IMG/VR virus record: IMGVR_UViG_3300014204_000139
Span: 1-64,000 of that record
DNA: 64,000 bases
Strand: one strand, 5' to 3'
From: a virus
Lineage: Duplodnaviria > Caudoviricetes
The notes below the pieces were generated by a model. That model had not been told where the DNA came from, searched no databases, and saw only the letters and a program-made list of their open reading frames with translations. Shown piece after piece: positions 46,515-56,112 of this stretch. The position numbers and the translations under genes are program-made. How positions within the stretch are numbered: the stretch's first letter is position 1; each line of letters starts with the position of its first letter.

Positions 46515-47139
46515 TGAACTTCTTATCCTTATTACAAACTATTACGATATTTTTTTCAGATTTGCACTGTTTATCAAATTGACCATTACCATTAGATAAC
46601 TTACAAAGATCTAAACACCATAATTCATATGGACTTAACTTATCTACAATAAAAGATGGATATTTTTCTGATTTATTTCCTTCACAACAGGGCATCATAA
46701 TTAAATAATCTGCCCCTGATTTTTTATAAATATCAATAATTGCAATAGCTAGTTCATCACAAGGATGAACTGATACAATTATAGAAGGATTATTTTCGTT
46801 TATTGTTTTAATTAAAATATCTTTTTCTTTTATTATATCTAACTTTATTCTACTAAAACCTCTGATTTTAGAAAATCCTTGTCTATCTCTATCTTTATTA
46901 TCAATTGCAACTACATTTTTGACTTTAAATAAATGTGCTATTAAAGAAGAAGTAACACAATTACCTGAACACAAATCAAAAATATTATATTTATTAGGAT
47001 TTGTAACTAAAATCTTTTTAATCCTTTTAATTATAGACATAGATTCAGTAATTTCTTTTTCAGGTTCAAGAAATGGATATACTGAATTTAAAACATCTCC
47101 TGCACATTTTAGTTCTAGAAAATGATTAATAGCACTCAT
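46498..47139 (-). CDS. Class I SAM-dependent methyltransferase (Methyltransf_32/Trm13-like motifs)
   Basis: IFDLCSGN, VVAID, VSVHPC, MMPCC, SEKN. Confidence 0.75.
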   Translation of the reverse strand: MSAINHFLELKCAGDVLNSVYPFLEPEKEITESMSIIKRIKKILVTNPNKYNIFDLCSGNCVTSSLIAHLFKVKNVVAIDNKDRDRQGFSKIRGFSRIKLDIIKEKDILIKTINENNPSIIVSVHPCDELAIAIIDIYKKSGADYLIMMPCCEGNKSEKYPSFIVDKLSPYELWCLDLCKLSNGNGQFDKQCKSEKNIVIVCNKDKKFNEIQE

Positions 47140-47156
47140 TTAATCTTCTTTCTTTA

Positions 47157-48176
47157 TTACAATTCATATGGACAAGACATTGGATTATTGTTTAGTTTAT
47201 TTCTAAACATTTGAAAAGATGAACCATCATCCCAAATTTTTTGAATTGGTGTTTCTTTTGTAATTTTCAAACCATATTTGTATTTATCTCCAAAAGAGCA
47301 TGGCATAAACATCATATCTGGAGAAATATAACAACTCATTCTTGAACCTTCACATGTATCAACACAAGTTTTTTCATTTTCGGTCAAATCTCTTACTTGA
47401 CTAACCTTGTTAATCATACATGAATCACAACCAATTTTAAATTTTGACTTTGGATCAAGAAGGTGATTTGCAAACTCTTTTATTTGATCATTATTTAAAC
47501 ATAGATATTTTTTATCTGCACCATTTCCTTGTGGTTTAAATAAAAGAAATACTACAGCATTTAATTTATCAATAGGAAATTTTTCATTCCATATATCTTC
47601 ACCTTTTAAGATTTTAATTGAGTTAAAAAAAGTTTCATTTGAAACTACAAAATGAATATTAGTTTTAATTTCTTCTTTAATGAATTTATTTAATGCATTA
47701 TAAGTAAAATCTTTATCATAATTTGAAACTGCAACAGCGCCACATAGTTTACTAATTTCAACTTCTTCATCTGTTAAACCATTACCAGATGTAGTATAAT
47801 TTGGAATTACATTATTCTTTCTGCAATATTCAAGAATTTCTTTAAAATTTTCATGTTTATTTGGGTCACCCTTTCCACCTAAAGCGACCTGATTAATATG
47901 AGATTTACATTGATCGATAATTGATTTAAAATCTTCTAATTTCATATTTGGTTCATTGACATCGCCCTGATAGCAAATTTTACAATTATTTAAGCAATGG
48001 CCCATAATACCAATATCAATCATACTAGGAGAATTCAGAACAAATGGATCTGGATTTCCATGAATACCAGACAGAACTTCAAAACCATTAAAACCATTAA
48101 ACAAAATAATATACTTCTCAGTCTCAATCTTCTTAGTAAAAATCATTATAATACCTTTCAGAAATATTTTATTCAT
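47157..48176 (-). CDS. Radical SAM enzyme with a SPASM/twitch-like C-terminus
   Basis: CLNNCKIC, ALGGKGDP, YTTSG, CEGSRMSCYISPD...PCSF...CP. Confidence 0.9.
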   Translation of the reverse strand: MNKIFLKGIIMIFTKKIETEKYIILFNGFNGFEVLSGIHGNPDPFVLNSPSMIDIGIMGHCLNNCKICYQGDVNEPNMKLEDFKSIIDQCKSHINQVALGGKGDPNKHENFKEILEYCRKNNVIPNYTTSGNGLTDEEVEISKLCGAVAVSNYDKDFTYNALNKFIKEEIKTNIHFVVSNETFFNSIKILKGEDIWNEKFPIDKLNAVVFLLFKPQGNGADKKYLCLNNDQIKEFANHLLDPKSKFKIGCDSCMINKVSQVRDLTENEKTCVDTCEGSRMSCYISPDMMFMPCSFGDKYKYGLKITKETPIQKIWDDGSSFQMFRNKLNNNPMSCPYEL

Positions 48177-48657
48177 TCCCAGTAACTAAAACTACTAATT
48201 TATCATTATCAATTTTAATTCTTTCATATCTCATTTTACATTCAGATAAATTTCCATTATGATCTGAAAATCCACAGGTACTTATAGATTTAAAACCCTT
48301 TCTCTCTTTATATTTCAAAAGTTCAATTAGTTTTTCATCTTTCTCAATTTCATCTTTATAATATTCTAAATATATCGATGATTTATCTCTTTCATCTTTA
48401 ATCAATCTTTTATAAGTAATTATATTTTTTTCTATTTCTTTAATTTTATCGTTAATATCTATTACTTTAACATAATCTTTTTCATTTATAATTTTAATAA
48501 CCTCATATACATTTACATTATAAATTTCATCAATAAATTCAAAAGATCTCCAGTTATCTTTCATAACTGAATAAAGATCATTTAATTCTCTTCCTCTAAA
48601 AACAAAAATATATGAAGTTGAACTTGAGTTAGTTACAAAATCTCTTTTTATTAACAT
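48169..48657 (-). CDS. TNSS-motif protein 6
   Basis: MLIKRDFVTNSSSTSYI. Confidence 0.8.
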   Translation of the reverse strand: MLIKRDFVTNSSSTSYIFVFRGRELNDLYSVMKDNWRSFEFIDEIYNVNVYEVIKIINEKDYVKVIDINDKIKEIEKNIITYKRLIKDERDKSSIYLEYYKDEIEKDEKLIELLKYKERKGFKSISTCGFSDHNGNLSECKMRYERIKIDNDKLVVLVTGNE

Positions 48658-49018
48658 TAATCATTCTAGCCTTTATAAGCGTGTAAGATGAAGATTCTTT
48701 TTTACCAAAAATTTTTTCTAACCAGTTTAAAATTCCAGTTGTATTACATGTATCACAACTAAGATTCATTTTAGAATTAGGCTTAGTAAAACAATCAGGA
48801 CATAAAAAATTTGGTGGTTTAATTATAACTACAAATACTTCTTTACATATTGTACATCTAAAAATATATTTTGATTGATTAATTTTTCTTAAAAGTTTTA
48901 AATAATATCTTGTATAAGATTCACTAGAAAAATTTGGAAATGGACCATGATTATTAATACATTTTAAACCTTCCGAACTAATGAATTTTTTAGTATTACT
49001 ATTATATATTGTTATCAT
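48629..49018 (-). CDS. Zinc-finger protein
   Basis: CTIC, CPDC, CDTC. Confidence 0.55.
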   Translation of the reverse strand: MITIYNSNTKKFISSEGLKCINNHGPFPNFSSESYTRYYLKLLRKINQSKYIFRCTICKEVFVVIIKPPNFLCPDCFTKPNSKMNLSCDTCNTTGILNWLEKIFGKKESSSYTLIKARMINVNKKRFCN

Positions 49019-49147
49019 TAATTAATTCTTTATTCATTATCTTTAATTTAGTAGAACATTCTCTACTAAATTGAAAAATATAATTAGTATCTAAAGTATA
49101 TAAGATATCATCAAAAATATTTCTAAAGATTAATTTTTTTTCTTCAA

Positions 49148-50221
49148 TTAATCCAATTGACATTTTGTCTCCTTAGATAAAAGAAATCTTTTTGTAATTT
49201 TTTGACAAAGTTTATCAATTGCAACTTTATTTGCTGTATGTGGAAGAACAGACTTCTCATATAGTTCATTAAATTTTAAATCAAATGATTCTAGAAGATT
49301 TGAAATTTCTTCATATTTATAAGTGCCATTTTTAATTTCAAGTAAGAATTTTGCATCTGGTCTTGGAAATGTTATTTTTCCTGTTGTTAATAATTCTTCG
49401 CCTTCAGTAATTAATCTTACTAAATGTGAACCATGTTTTGTATCAAATCCATATTTTTCTTCTAGTTTTGCTCTTTCTGGATTTCTATTCTTTTTCCAAT
49501 TTTCATACTGATTAAAATATCTTTCTGCCATTGCATAAGAATTTTCTTTTTGAAGAATTTCTATAAATTGATCAGAAATAGGTAAAATTGCTTGAGTTGC
49601 TTCTTTGTCTAAATTTGGAAATTGTTTGCAAAGAGCTTTAAAATCATAAGTCTCTTGCATTTGTTCTAGTTGTTCTTTTAGAGGATGAAACTCTTTAACA
49701 TTCTCTAACTTCATTGCAACTAATACATTTAAAGCACCAATTTGATCTTTTGTTAAATCAGATTTAGATTCAGATAAACCATAATCAGATCTTTTTGGTT
49801 TTTTAGTTGGAGGATTTAGTAACCAAGATCTATGTAGTTTAATTCTATTAAATTGAGAATGAGCATAACCTGAAAATGTAAATTTAGACTTTTTAGAAAC
49901 AAATAAGTCTCTATTTTTTGAAATTTGTAACCAGTCTACTGAGTTCTGTAGCCATTTATCTTTTGGAACAAATAAAAGTTCAATAATATTTGGGTTATTT
50001 TCCATTGCTAACTGCATAAATTTTCTAATTTCAAAATATGTTATATCATTTTTCTTATCTTCAAATTGCTCTACTCTATTTAAGAACCCATAAAAATATG
50101 TTTCATCTGCAATAAAAACACCTCGTTCATCAATATCTGATTGTGGTGTATTTGTGCCATATAGATGTGATCCAGCTAAACATCTAAAAATTAATTTAAA
50201 GGAGTTTGGAAGTTGAATCAA
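49148..50221 (-). CDS. Pol-beta superfamily nucleotidyltransferase (RlaP/YcgL/T4 NrdC.11-like)
   Basis: GSHLYGTNTPQSDIDERGVF, NPNIIELL, KHGSHLVRL. Confidence 0.88.
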   Translation of the reverse strand: MIQLPNSFKLIFRCLAGSHLYGTNTPQSDIDERGVFIADETYFYGFLNRVEQFEDKKNDITYFEIRKFMQLAMENNPNIIELLFVPKDKWLQNSVDWLQISKNRDLFVSKKSKFTFSGYAHSQFNRIKLHRSWLLNPPTKKPKRSDYGLSESKSDLTKDQIGALNVLVAMKLENVKEFHPLKEQLEQMQETYDFKALCKQFPNLDKEATQAILPISDQFIEILQKENSYAMAERYFNQYENWKKNRNPERAKLEEKYGFDTKHGSHLVRLITEGEELLTTGKITFPRPDAKFLLEIKNGTYKYEEISNLLESFDLKFNELYEKSVLPHTANKVAIDKLCQKITKRFLLSKETKCQLD

Positions 50222-50250
50222 TTCTTATTACCTTTCTTTTTATTAAAATA

Positions 50251-50288
50251 ATATCCGCATTAGACAAACTAATATCTAATGCGGATAT
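50251..50288 (-). terminator. Hairpin after the TerD-like gene
   Basis: ATATCCGCATTAGA/TCTAATGCGGATAT. Confidence 0.7.
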
Positions 50289-50295
50289 CTTAAAC

Positions 50296-52197
50296 TTAGC
50301 TAATCAGATTTATTATTGTATCTTTCTCTAAACTTTCAGGTGAAAGATCAATATCACAATCTTCTTTTGAGTCAACCAATATTGCTCCAGATTTCTCTAA
50401 AACCTCATTTAATGTTATACTACCAAAATTAAAGTCAAAAAGAAACTGTCTAATTTTATTGGTTGATTTTGTTGCTCTTGATGTTATTGAATCCCCAAAT
50501 GAGGTTTCAACATAATAGAATTTACACTCTTTCTCGTTAGTAACCATCAACCCAATAATTTTCTGACGAGTTGAAATTTTAGCACTGTCGGACGAGATAA
50601 CGTTATTTGGACTAATCATATAATTTCTGGAAAGATTTTCTCTTACATCTCTTCCAACAATTATTTTGAATGGAACCTCAACCTTTTCGTTAAAATTATA
50701 ATAGTTGACAAACATAATTGAACATATGGAACTATTTTTATTTACATGAAATAATTCTGTAGCACCATTTGGAGGAGTTGCAGAGGTCATATCTCCAGAA
50801 AATAAAACAGTTAAATTCTGATTCCTGTAACGTCCATCCCATCCTATTTTGTCTCCAAGATGATTAATCAAAGAGAGATCTAGATCAATTCTATTTTCTC
50901 CAACATCATTCCAATGAATACCAAAAATCATATTATTTGGAACACTAATACAGGTTCCAGATGGAAAATTTCCAACAAATTGTTTTTCTGTTGCAGGTAA
51001 TGAATATGTAATATTTTTTGGAATATAAATATTCTTTCCTGCAACCTTTTGTCGGAGATTTTCACTTATAGATTTTAGAATAATGTTCAATGCATCTTGA
51101 TGTTTTTTAGAACTTAATTCATTAAAATCTGTAACAAAATTTTTTCCATTTCTAATTCTATACAATATATAACTTGGTTCAGATTCTCTAAACTTTACTG
51201 AATATACAAGTCTTATTTTTCTAAAGACATTTACTTTTTTTAATTCTTTTTCAAGAATTTCTAAATCTAGAGTATCATTTTTAATTTTAGATGTTACACT
51301 GTTTAGAAAATCTTCTGGCATCGGTTTATGAAAACGTACTGCAAGTCTTCTGATTCTATTAATTATGTTATTCATTTCTTCACTTCTTTTAAATGCTAGA
51401 AATAAAGGTTTAAATCTGTAGAAAATCTCGCCAAGATGTTCAATACCAAATTCTTTATCATATTTTTTAAATAATTTGTAAACAATATCTTTGGTGATTG
51501 TCATTGATACTTTTATTTCTGAAATTGTATTTGGATCTTTAATCAACAACGTTCTCCCAATAGATTTAAATATTACAAATCTTAGGAATTCAATAGGATT
51601 CTTTGGAATTTTATTTAGACTATCATATAGAACAACTCTAACTTCTTTATTTTTAATTTGAACCAACTCATCTTCAGAAAAATTAAAAAGTTGTTTAATA
51701 AGATTAACCATGCCAATTTTTGTATCATCTTTTAAAGCGATTCCAGACTTTAGAACTGCAAAAACTTTTTCTTTTAATTCTTCTATAGTGTATCCCTTAA
51801 TAACTGTCAAGGGAATTTTATCTAAATTGATTCTTGGAAGTTCTAATTTTTCACATGGAATATAAACTGAATTATTATCATATACACCAAGAGCCTCAAA
51901 TCCATATGTAGTTATGTAATGCATTATTTGCTCAATTACTAAAACTTCAATATTTGTTTCTTTTATTTTTCTCCATGATTTATGAAAGGTGTTGTTTATC
52001 TTTCTTGAATTAAATCCAATTGTTTCTTCAATCATGGGAATTATTTTAATTAAAAAATCTGTATCATAGTTATAAATTACTTCTGGTGCATAAATAAATC
52101 CACTTTTAATTGTTTCTTTGAGAAGTTTTTTATTTGCTTCTTTTTTTCCATTTTTTGTAATTGGTAATGCTTTGAATAAACTAATAAATGTCTGCAT
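50296..52197 (-). CDS. 633-aa protein with a helical N-terminal region and a C-terminal TerD-like domain
   Basis: FGIHW...RIDLDLS...GW...FSGDMTSA...GATE TerD-like motifs; NNTFHKSW and EQIMHYITTYG in the N-terminal part. Confidence 0.75.
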   Translation of the reverse strand: MQTFISLFKALPITKNGKKEANKKLLKETIKSGFIYAPEVIYNYDTDFLIKIIPMIEETIGFNSRKINNTFHKSWRKIKETNIEVLVIEQIMHYITTYGFEALGVYDNNSVYIPCEKLELPRINLDKIPLTVIKGYTIEELKEKVFAVLKSGIALKDDTKIGMVNLIKQLFNFSEDELVQIKNKEVRVVLYDSLNKIPKNPIEFLRFVIFKSIGRTLLIKDPNTISEIKVSMTITKDIVYKLFKKYDKEFGIEHLGEIFYRFKPLFLAFKRSEEMNNIINRIRRLAVRFHKPMPEDFLNSVTSKIKNDTLDLEILEKELKKVNVFRKIRLVYSVKFRESEPSYILYRIRNGKNFVTDFNELSSKKHQDALNIILKSISENLRQKVAGKNIYIPKNITYSLPATEKQFVGNFPSGTCISVPNNMIFGIHWNDVGENRIDLDLSLINHLGDKIGWDGRYRNQNLTVLFSGDMTSATPPNGATELFHVNKNSSICSIMFVNYYNFNEKVEVPFKIIVGRDVRENLSRNYMISPNNVISSDSAKISTRQKIIGLMVTNEKECKFYYVETSFGDSITSRATKSTNKIRQFLFDFNFGSITLNEVLEKSGAILVDSKEDCDIDLSPESLEKDTIINLIS

Positions 52198-52214
52198 AAA
52201 AATTTCCTTTCTTT

Positions 52215-52255
52215 AAGCGAATGGTATTTTGATTTAATAAGGACCATATATGCTT
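52215..52255 (-). promoter_or_regulatory. Fifth copy of the array hairpin, directly upstream of the RBS of the TerD-like gene
   Basis: AAGC-AUA-UAUGGU-CCUUAUUAAAUCAAAAU-ACCAUU-C-GCUU followed by AAAGAAAGGAAA. Confidence 0.75.
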
Positions 52256-52276
52256 TAAATAATACCTTTTATTTTG

Positions 52277-52834
52277 TTATCTTAGTTTTATAGGTGCAGC
52301 CTTTTTTTCTTCAAAAGCTTTTTCAGTTTCTGTTGATGTAATAATTGTCATTTTAGAAAGATCAATCTTTGGGAATCCCAACATACTTGCAATAATACTT
52401 CTTGGAAAAATTCCCAACATTGTCTCATAGACTCTCTTTTTATCAATCAACATTTTTTGATTCATCTCAAAATCATTTCTTCCAGCTTCAATTACTTGTT
52501 GAATTTTAACATAGAGACTTGAATCAAAGTTTGGATTATGTTCCTTGATAAACTGAAACATTGCTTTTGATCCTTCTGCGCCATATCTAGCAGAAATAGC
52601 ACTATTGTACACCTTTTTCATATCTTCAGTATACATATCAGGTACCTGGGCAACTTCCTTAACCTTTTTAAAGAAGTTATCATAGTTATTTCTATTCTGG
52701 TCATATTGTGCTTTAATGATCTGTTCTTGTTTTACCATGTCATTATTTATACCAATGATTGCTGAACAAGAACCAATTGCAAGGACCAAAATAATCACTG
52801 CAAATACCATAAAGATTTTCATTCCAGTCTTCAT
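52277..52834 (-). CDS. LemA-like membrane-anchored protein
   Basis: N-terminal TM helix, helical body, FPRSIIASMLGF. Confidence 0.6.
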   Translation of the reverse strand: MKTGMKIFMVFAVIILVLAIGSCSAIIGINNDMVKQEQIIKAQYDQNRNNYDNFFKKVKEVAQVPDMYTEDMKKVYNSAISARYGAEGSKAMFQFIKEHNPNFDSSLYVKIQQVIEAGRNDFEMNQKMLIDKKRVYETMLGIFPRSIIASMLGFPKIDLSKMTIITSTETEKAFEEKKAAPIKLR

Positions 52835-52855
52835 TCTTTTTTTCCTCCAAAATAC

Positions 52856-53953
52856 TTAGTTTTTATAAAAATATAGTGTTAAAAAGAAACAAATAATTGA
52901 GTTTATTATAGTTGCCACTAATAGCTGACCTTCTGTTGGTGCTATACTAGCTGACAAATATTCAAAATCTCTCATCCTTTTTCTTTGATAATTTACCCTT
53001 ACATTACTTTCTATTTCTGAATATATTTTTGGCATATCCAATGTTCCGATAGACATAATTGAATCTCTTAATTTAACTCTAAATATGTCACTATTAGCCA
53101 AACAAATTACATTTACCCATTCAATTTTTTTATTTGTTTCATCAACTGAAATTACAATAATTATGTCGTTTTTATTTCCTCCTCTCCATTTTTGGTCAAG
53201 TGCATAAATATAATTTGGATTTTGTTTCTTTACCAAGTTTATGATTATATTACATTGTTTTGCAGGACTAATTCTTCCATTCATTTCAGATAAATTAGTT
53301 TGTAATTCACCAATATTTTTTATTGGAACCTCACTTACAATAAATCTATCTAATCTGTAATAGTCATAAATCCCAAAAGGATATTCTGGTATTTTAAAAC
53401 CTTCATATTTAGCTTCTTTACTAAATAAGTTTCCCTTTGACGCCTTAACATAGTCTTTATATTCATGTTTACTTGATGTTGGTTCTCCAATTTTAACTTG
53501 ATCAAATCTTTGAGGAGTTTTTAAACCTTGTCTATCTATTCTATCAATTGTAAATCTTTCACCCGTATTATCATGAACTCTATACGAAAAATCATAAGGA
53601 TGTTCATAACAGGTATCACATGTTGTACTGCATGATCTATTCTTTCCAGAACCAGAACAAGATTCTCTACAATTACATGAGTAGCTATGTTCACAAGAAA
53701 CTTTTTCTCTTACTTTTTTTGTAACTAAACCATTCCAGATCTCATCATGCGTCACATTTTGGTGATAAATAAAAACTATTGAAAGTGCCGCTATGATTAT
53801 TGAAACTGAAATTAGAATTAAAAATTCTTTAATTGTAATTTGTCTTATATTTATTCCAAATCTATTTTTTTGATTTTTAGTTGAATATATAACACCTGCA
53901 GCAACTATACAAAACGGAACTATCAAAATTACCAGAAAGTATAGAAAGTTCAT
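52856..53953 (-). CDS. Membrane protein with a Cys-rich loop and TPM-like domain
   Basis: CEHSYSCNC...CDTCYEH, WRGGNKNDIII, terminal TM helices. Confidence 0.65.
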   Translation of the reverse strand: MNFLYFLVILIVPFCIVAAGVIYSTKNQKNRFGINIRQITIKEFLILISVSIIIAALSIVFIYHQNVTHDEIWNGLVTKKVREKVSCEHSYSCNCRESCSGSGKNRSCSTTCDTCYEHPYDFSYRVHDNTGERFTIDRIDRQGLKTPQRFDQVKIGEPTSSKHEYKDYVKASKGNLFSKEAKYEGFKIPEYPFGIYDYYRLDRFIVSEVPIKNIGELQTNLSEMNGRISPAKQCNIIINLVKKQNPNYIYALDQKWRGGNKNDIIIVISVDETNKKIEWVNVICLANSDIFRVKLRDSIMSIGTLDMPKIYSEIESNVRVNYQRKRMRDFEYLSASIAPTEGQLLVATIINSIICFFLTLYFYKN

Positions 53954-53962
53954 ATATTTACC

Positions 53963-54610
53963 TCAAAATTTTAGTTTTCCTCTTTCTTCTGGCGGAAAAT
54001 CTAAGTATTTTAATTTAGTAATAATTCTTTCACCAGATCTTGTATATAACTCTTCTTCTGGTTTTGCAACAATTCCCTCTGCTGGAAGATTTGCAAGATT
54101 TGATATAAATCCATTTTTTACAATTTCAAGCATTTCTTTTAAAGTTCCGCTTCCAATATTTGGAACAATATTAAAATTAAATTTTTTTGCAATCATTTGT
54201 TTAGAAATATTATTTAGCCACCATCCATCAATATTAATATCAATTAGAATTATTGAAACTCCATTTGGAAGATATCTTGATCCATCATTTTCTTGGATCC
54301 CTTTTCCATAACCTTCAAAATACATCTCAACTTCTTTATCTTTAAACATTTCTTCAAATAAATCAATTTTTGAAAAAACTTTTTCACCACAATAATTTAT
54401 CAATGGAACTGGAATTTGACTTCCTGGATTTCCAAAAGATATACAATTATTATTCCATTTAATACAAATATTAGTACCATTTATTTTTTCAGTAAAATTC
54501 CAAATATTATTTTGTAAATATCTAAATTCAGGTATAGAATAATCACCAACAATTAATCTTTTTGAGTTATCTCTTTTAAACAATGATTGTATTTTATGAT
54601 ATTCCTTCAT
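53963..54610 (-). CDS. ATP-dependent RNA ligase, Rnl2-like adenylyltransferase domain
   Basis: EYHKI, TEKINGTN (motif I), FEGYG, AEGIVAKP, RIITKLK. Confidence 0.8.
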   Translation of the reverse strand: MKEYHKIQSLFKRDNSKRLIVGDYSIPEFRYLQNNIWNFTEKINGTNICIKWNNNCISFGNPGSQIPVPLINYCGEKVFSKIDLFEEMFKDKEVEMYFEGYGKGIQENDGSRYLPNGVSIILIDINIDGWWLNNISKQMIAKKFNFNIVPNIGSGTLKEMLEIVKNGFISNLANLPAEGIVAKPEEELYTRSGERIITKLKYLDFPPEERGKLKF

Positions 54611-54613
54611 TAT

Positions 54614-55105
54614 TTACCCCATAAAAGCTTCATTAAATCTTGATCTTGAATTTTTAAAATTATGTACAATTAATTTACAAATATTTTCTATTTCTGCTTT
54701 TTCCATTCCGTCTTTTATAAGTTCATCTTCTAGAGTAGATAAAGCTAGATACATTATATCACCTGATATAAATTCTCTTCCTAAACAATGTAAAAATTTT
54801 TGAAATAATGGATCTAAATTTTTATTTTCTTCTTTTATTACTGTTCTATTTTTTATGTCTTGTCTCCAAGAATTTAAACCACAACAACAACCAGCACCTA
54901 CATATAATTCTTCTCTATATGAAGTCCCCATCTTTCCTGGTATTTGCATTAATTTACAAAAATATCTATTTTCTTCTTCTGACCAATTTAATGCTTTACA
55001 AATATCAGATGATCCAAAAAGTCTTAAACCAGCTGCACATTTAGTTTTAATACAACAAAATCCACAACCAACACATGGTTTAGTTATAATTTTAAAATCA
55101 TCCAT
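54614..55105 (-). CDS. Cys-cluster (YkgJ-like) protein
   Basis: CVGCGFCC...C...C...C...GCCC. Confidence 0.65.
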   Translation of the reverse strand: MDDFKIITKPCVGCGFCCIKTKCAAGLRLFGSSDICKALNWSEEENRYFCKLMQIPGKMGTSYREELYVGAGCCCGLNSWRQDIKNRTVIKEENKNLDPLFQKFLHCLGREFISGDIMYLALSTLEDELIKDGMEKAEIENICKLIVHNFKNSRSRFNEAFMG

Positions 55106-55377
55106 TATGAATACCTCTTAAAGGTAAATACTTCTTTTGCAATTTTAATTTGATCTTTATATGGAAGATCTCTAAATTCTAATAATTCTTCTTTTTTAAA
55201 ACCACCATGAGTTTCCATGTAATCTGCATCTAAAACAACTTCTATAACTTCTCTTTGCGGAATTGACTCACCAACTCCTTCACATTGAAAGATATCACTT
55301 GAAATTGCATCCCATGTATTTCGCATACATCTATGAACCTTTTCAATTGTTTCTTTTGGTAGTAATTCTTTTTTCAT
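55105..55377 (-). CDS. Hypothetical protein
   Basis: AAGGA RBS; coupled. Confidence 0.65.
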   Translation of the reverse strand: MKKELLPKETIEKVHRCMRNTWDAISSDIFQCEGVGESIPQREVIEVVLDADYMETHGGFKKEELLEFRDLPYKDQIKIAKEVFTFKRYS

Positions 55378-55395
55378 TCTTTCCTTTCCTTTCCT

Positions 55396-55749
55396 TTAAT
55401 CTACTACAAATACTTCTGGATAACAAATTGTTCCTTGTGGAACTACAGCTATTCTATAAATATCTCTATTTCCTTCATAAAAATATTTTATAGAAGTTTC
55501 AAAACTGATATTTTTAGATGATATAGCTATACATTCTGGTATATTTCCTCTTTTTAATGGAATTACTCTTAAAATTTTATCGCCAGGTACCACAAAATTT
55601 TTAGCATCTTTTTTTCTTTTAAAACAAAAGATTCCCAAAGTATTATCTTTTGCTTTTACAGTCGATCCTGTTTCATATTTTAAATAATACTCACTACCTT
55701 TAACTATTATACTTTCTCTATTTTTATTAACAACTTTATATCTTATCAT
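55396..55749 (-). CDS. Hypothetical protein, paralog A
   Basis: YKVV...RESIIV...LGIFCFK...GTICYPEVFVVD. Confidence 0.7.
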   Translation of the reverse strand: MIRYKVVNKNRESIIVKGSEYYLKYETGSTVKAKDNTLGIFCFKRKKDAKNFVVPGDKILRVIPLKRGNIPECIAISSKNISFETSIKYFYEGNRDIYRIAVVPQGTICYPEVFVVD

Positions 55750-55765
55750 ATTTTAAGTTTCCCCT

Positions 55766-56112
55766 TTAATCAATTACCAATACTTCTGGATAGCAAATTG
55801 TACCTTCTGGTCCACCATAAGAAATTTTTGTATTCATTTTTCTTCTATAAAAATTTTCTAGGTTGTGGGTATCCAAGCCTATTTTTTTGGACTTTTTCCT
55901 CTTTTTAATGGAACAACCCTTAAAATTCTAGATGTTGTAAAGTTATTTGCAAAATGTGTAGCATCTCTTTTTGTTTTGAAACAAAATACACCCAAACTAT
56001 CATCTTTACCTTTTATAATAGATCCTTTTTCATATTTTAATATAAATTTAAGATCCCTAACTATAATACTTTCTCTATTATGATCTACAACTTTATATTT
56101 ATATTTAGTCAT
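55766..56112 (-). CDS. Paralog B, frameshifted at an A7 run (55882-55888)
   Basis: A -1 shift restores ...GTICYPEVLVID, homologous to paralog A. Confidence 0.7.

Noticed and set aside
2093-56083. Short antisense or alternate-frame ORFs inside larger genes (for example 2093, 3212, 4758, 5188, 10862, 22411, 24565, 28779, 29907, 37885, 40026, 40114, 46919, 54808, 55865)
   Set aside because: Shadow frames of well-supported genes, with no RBS or recognisable motifs.
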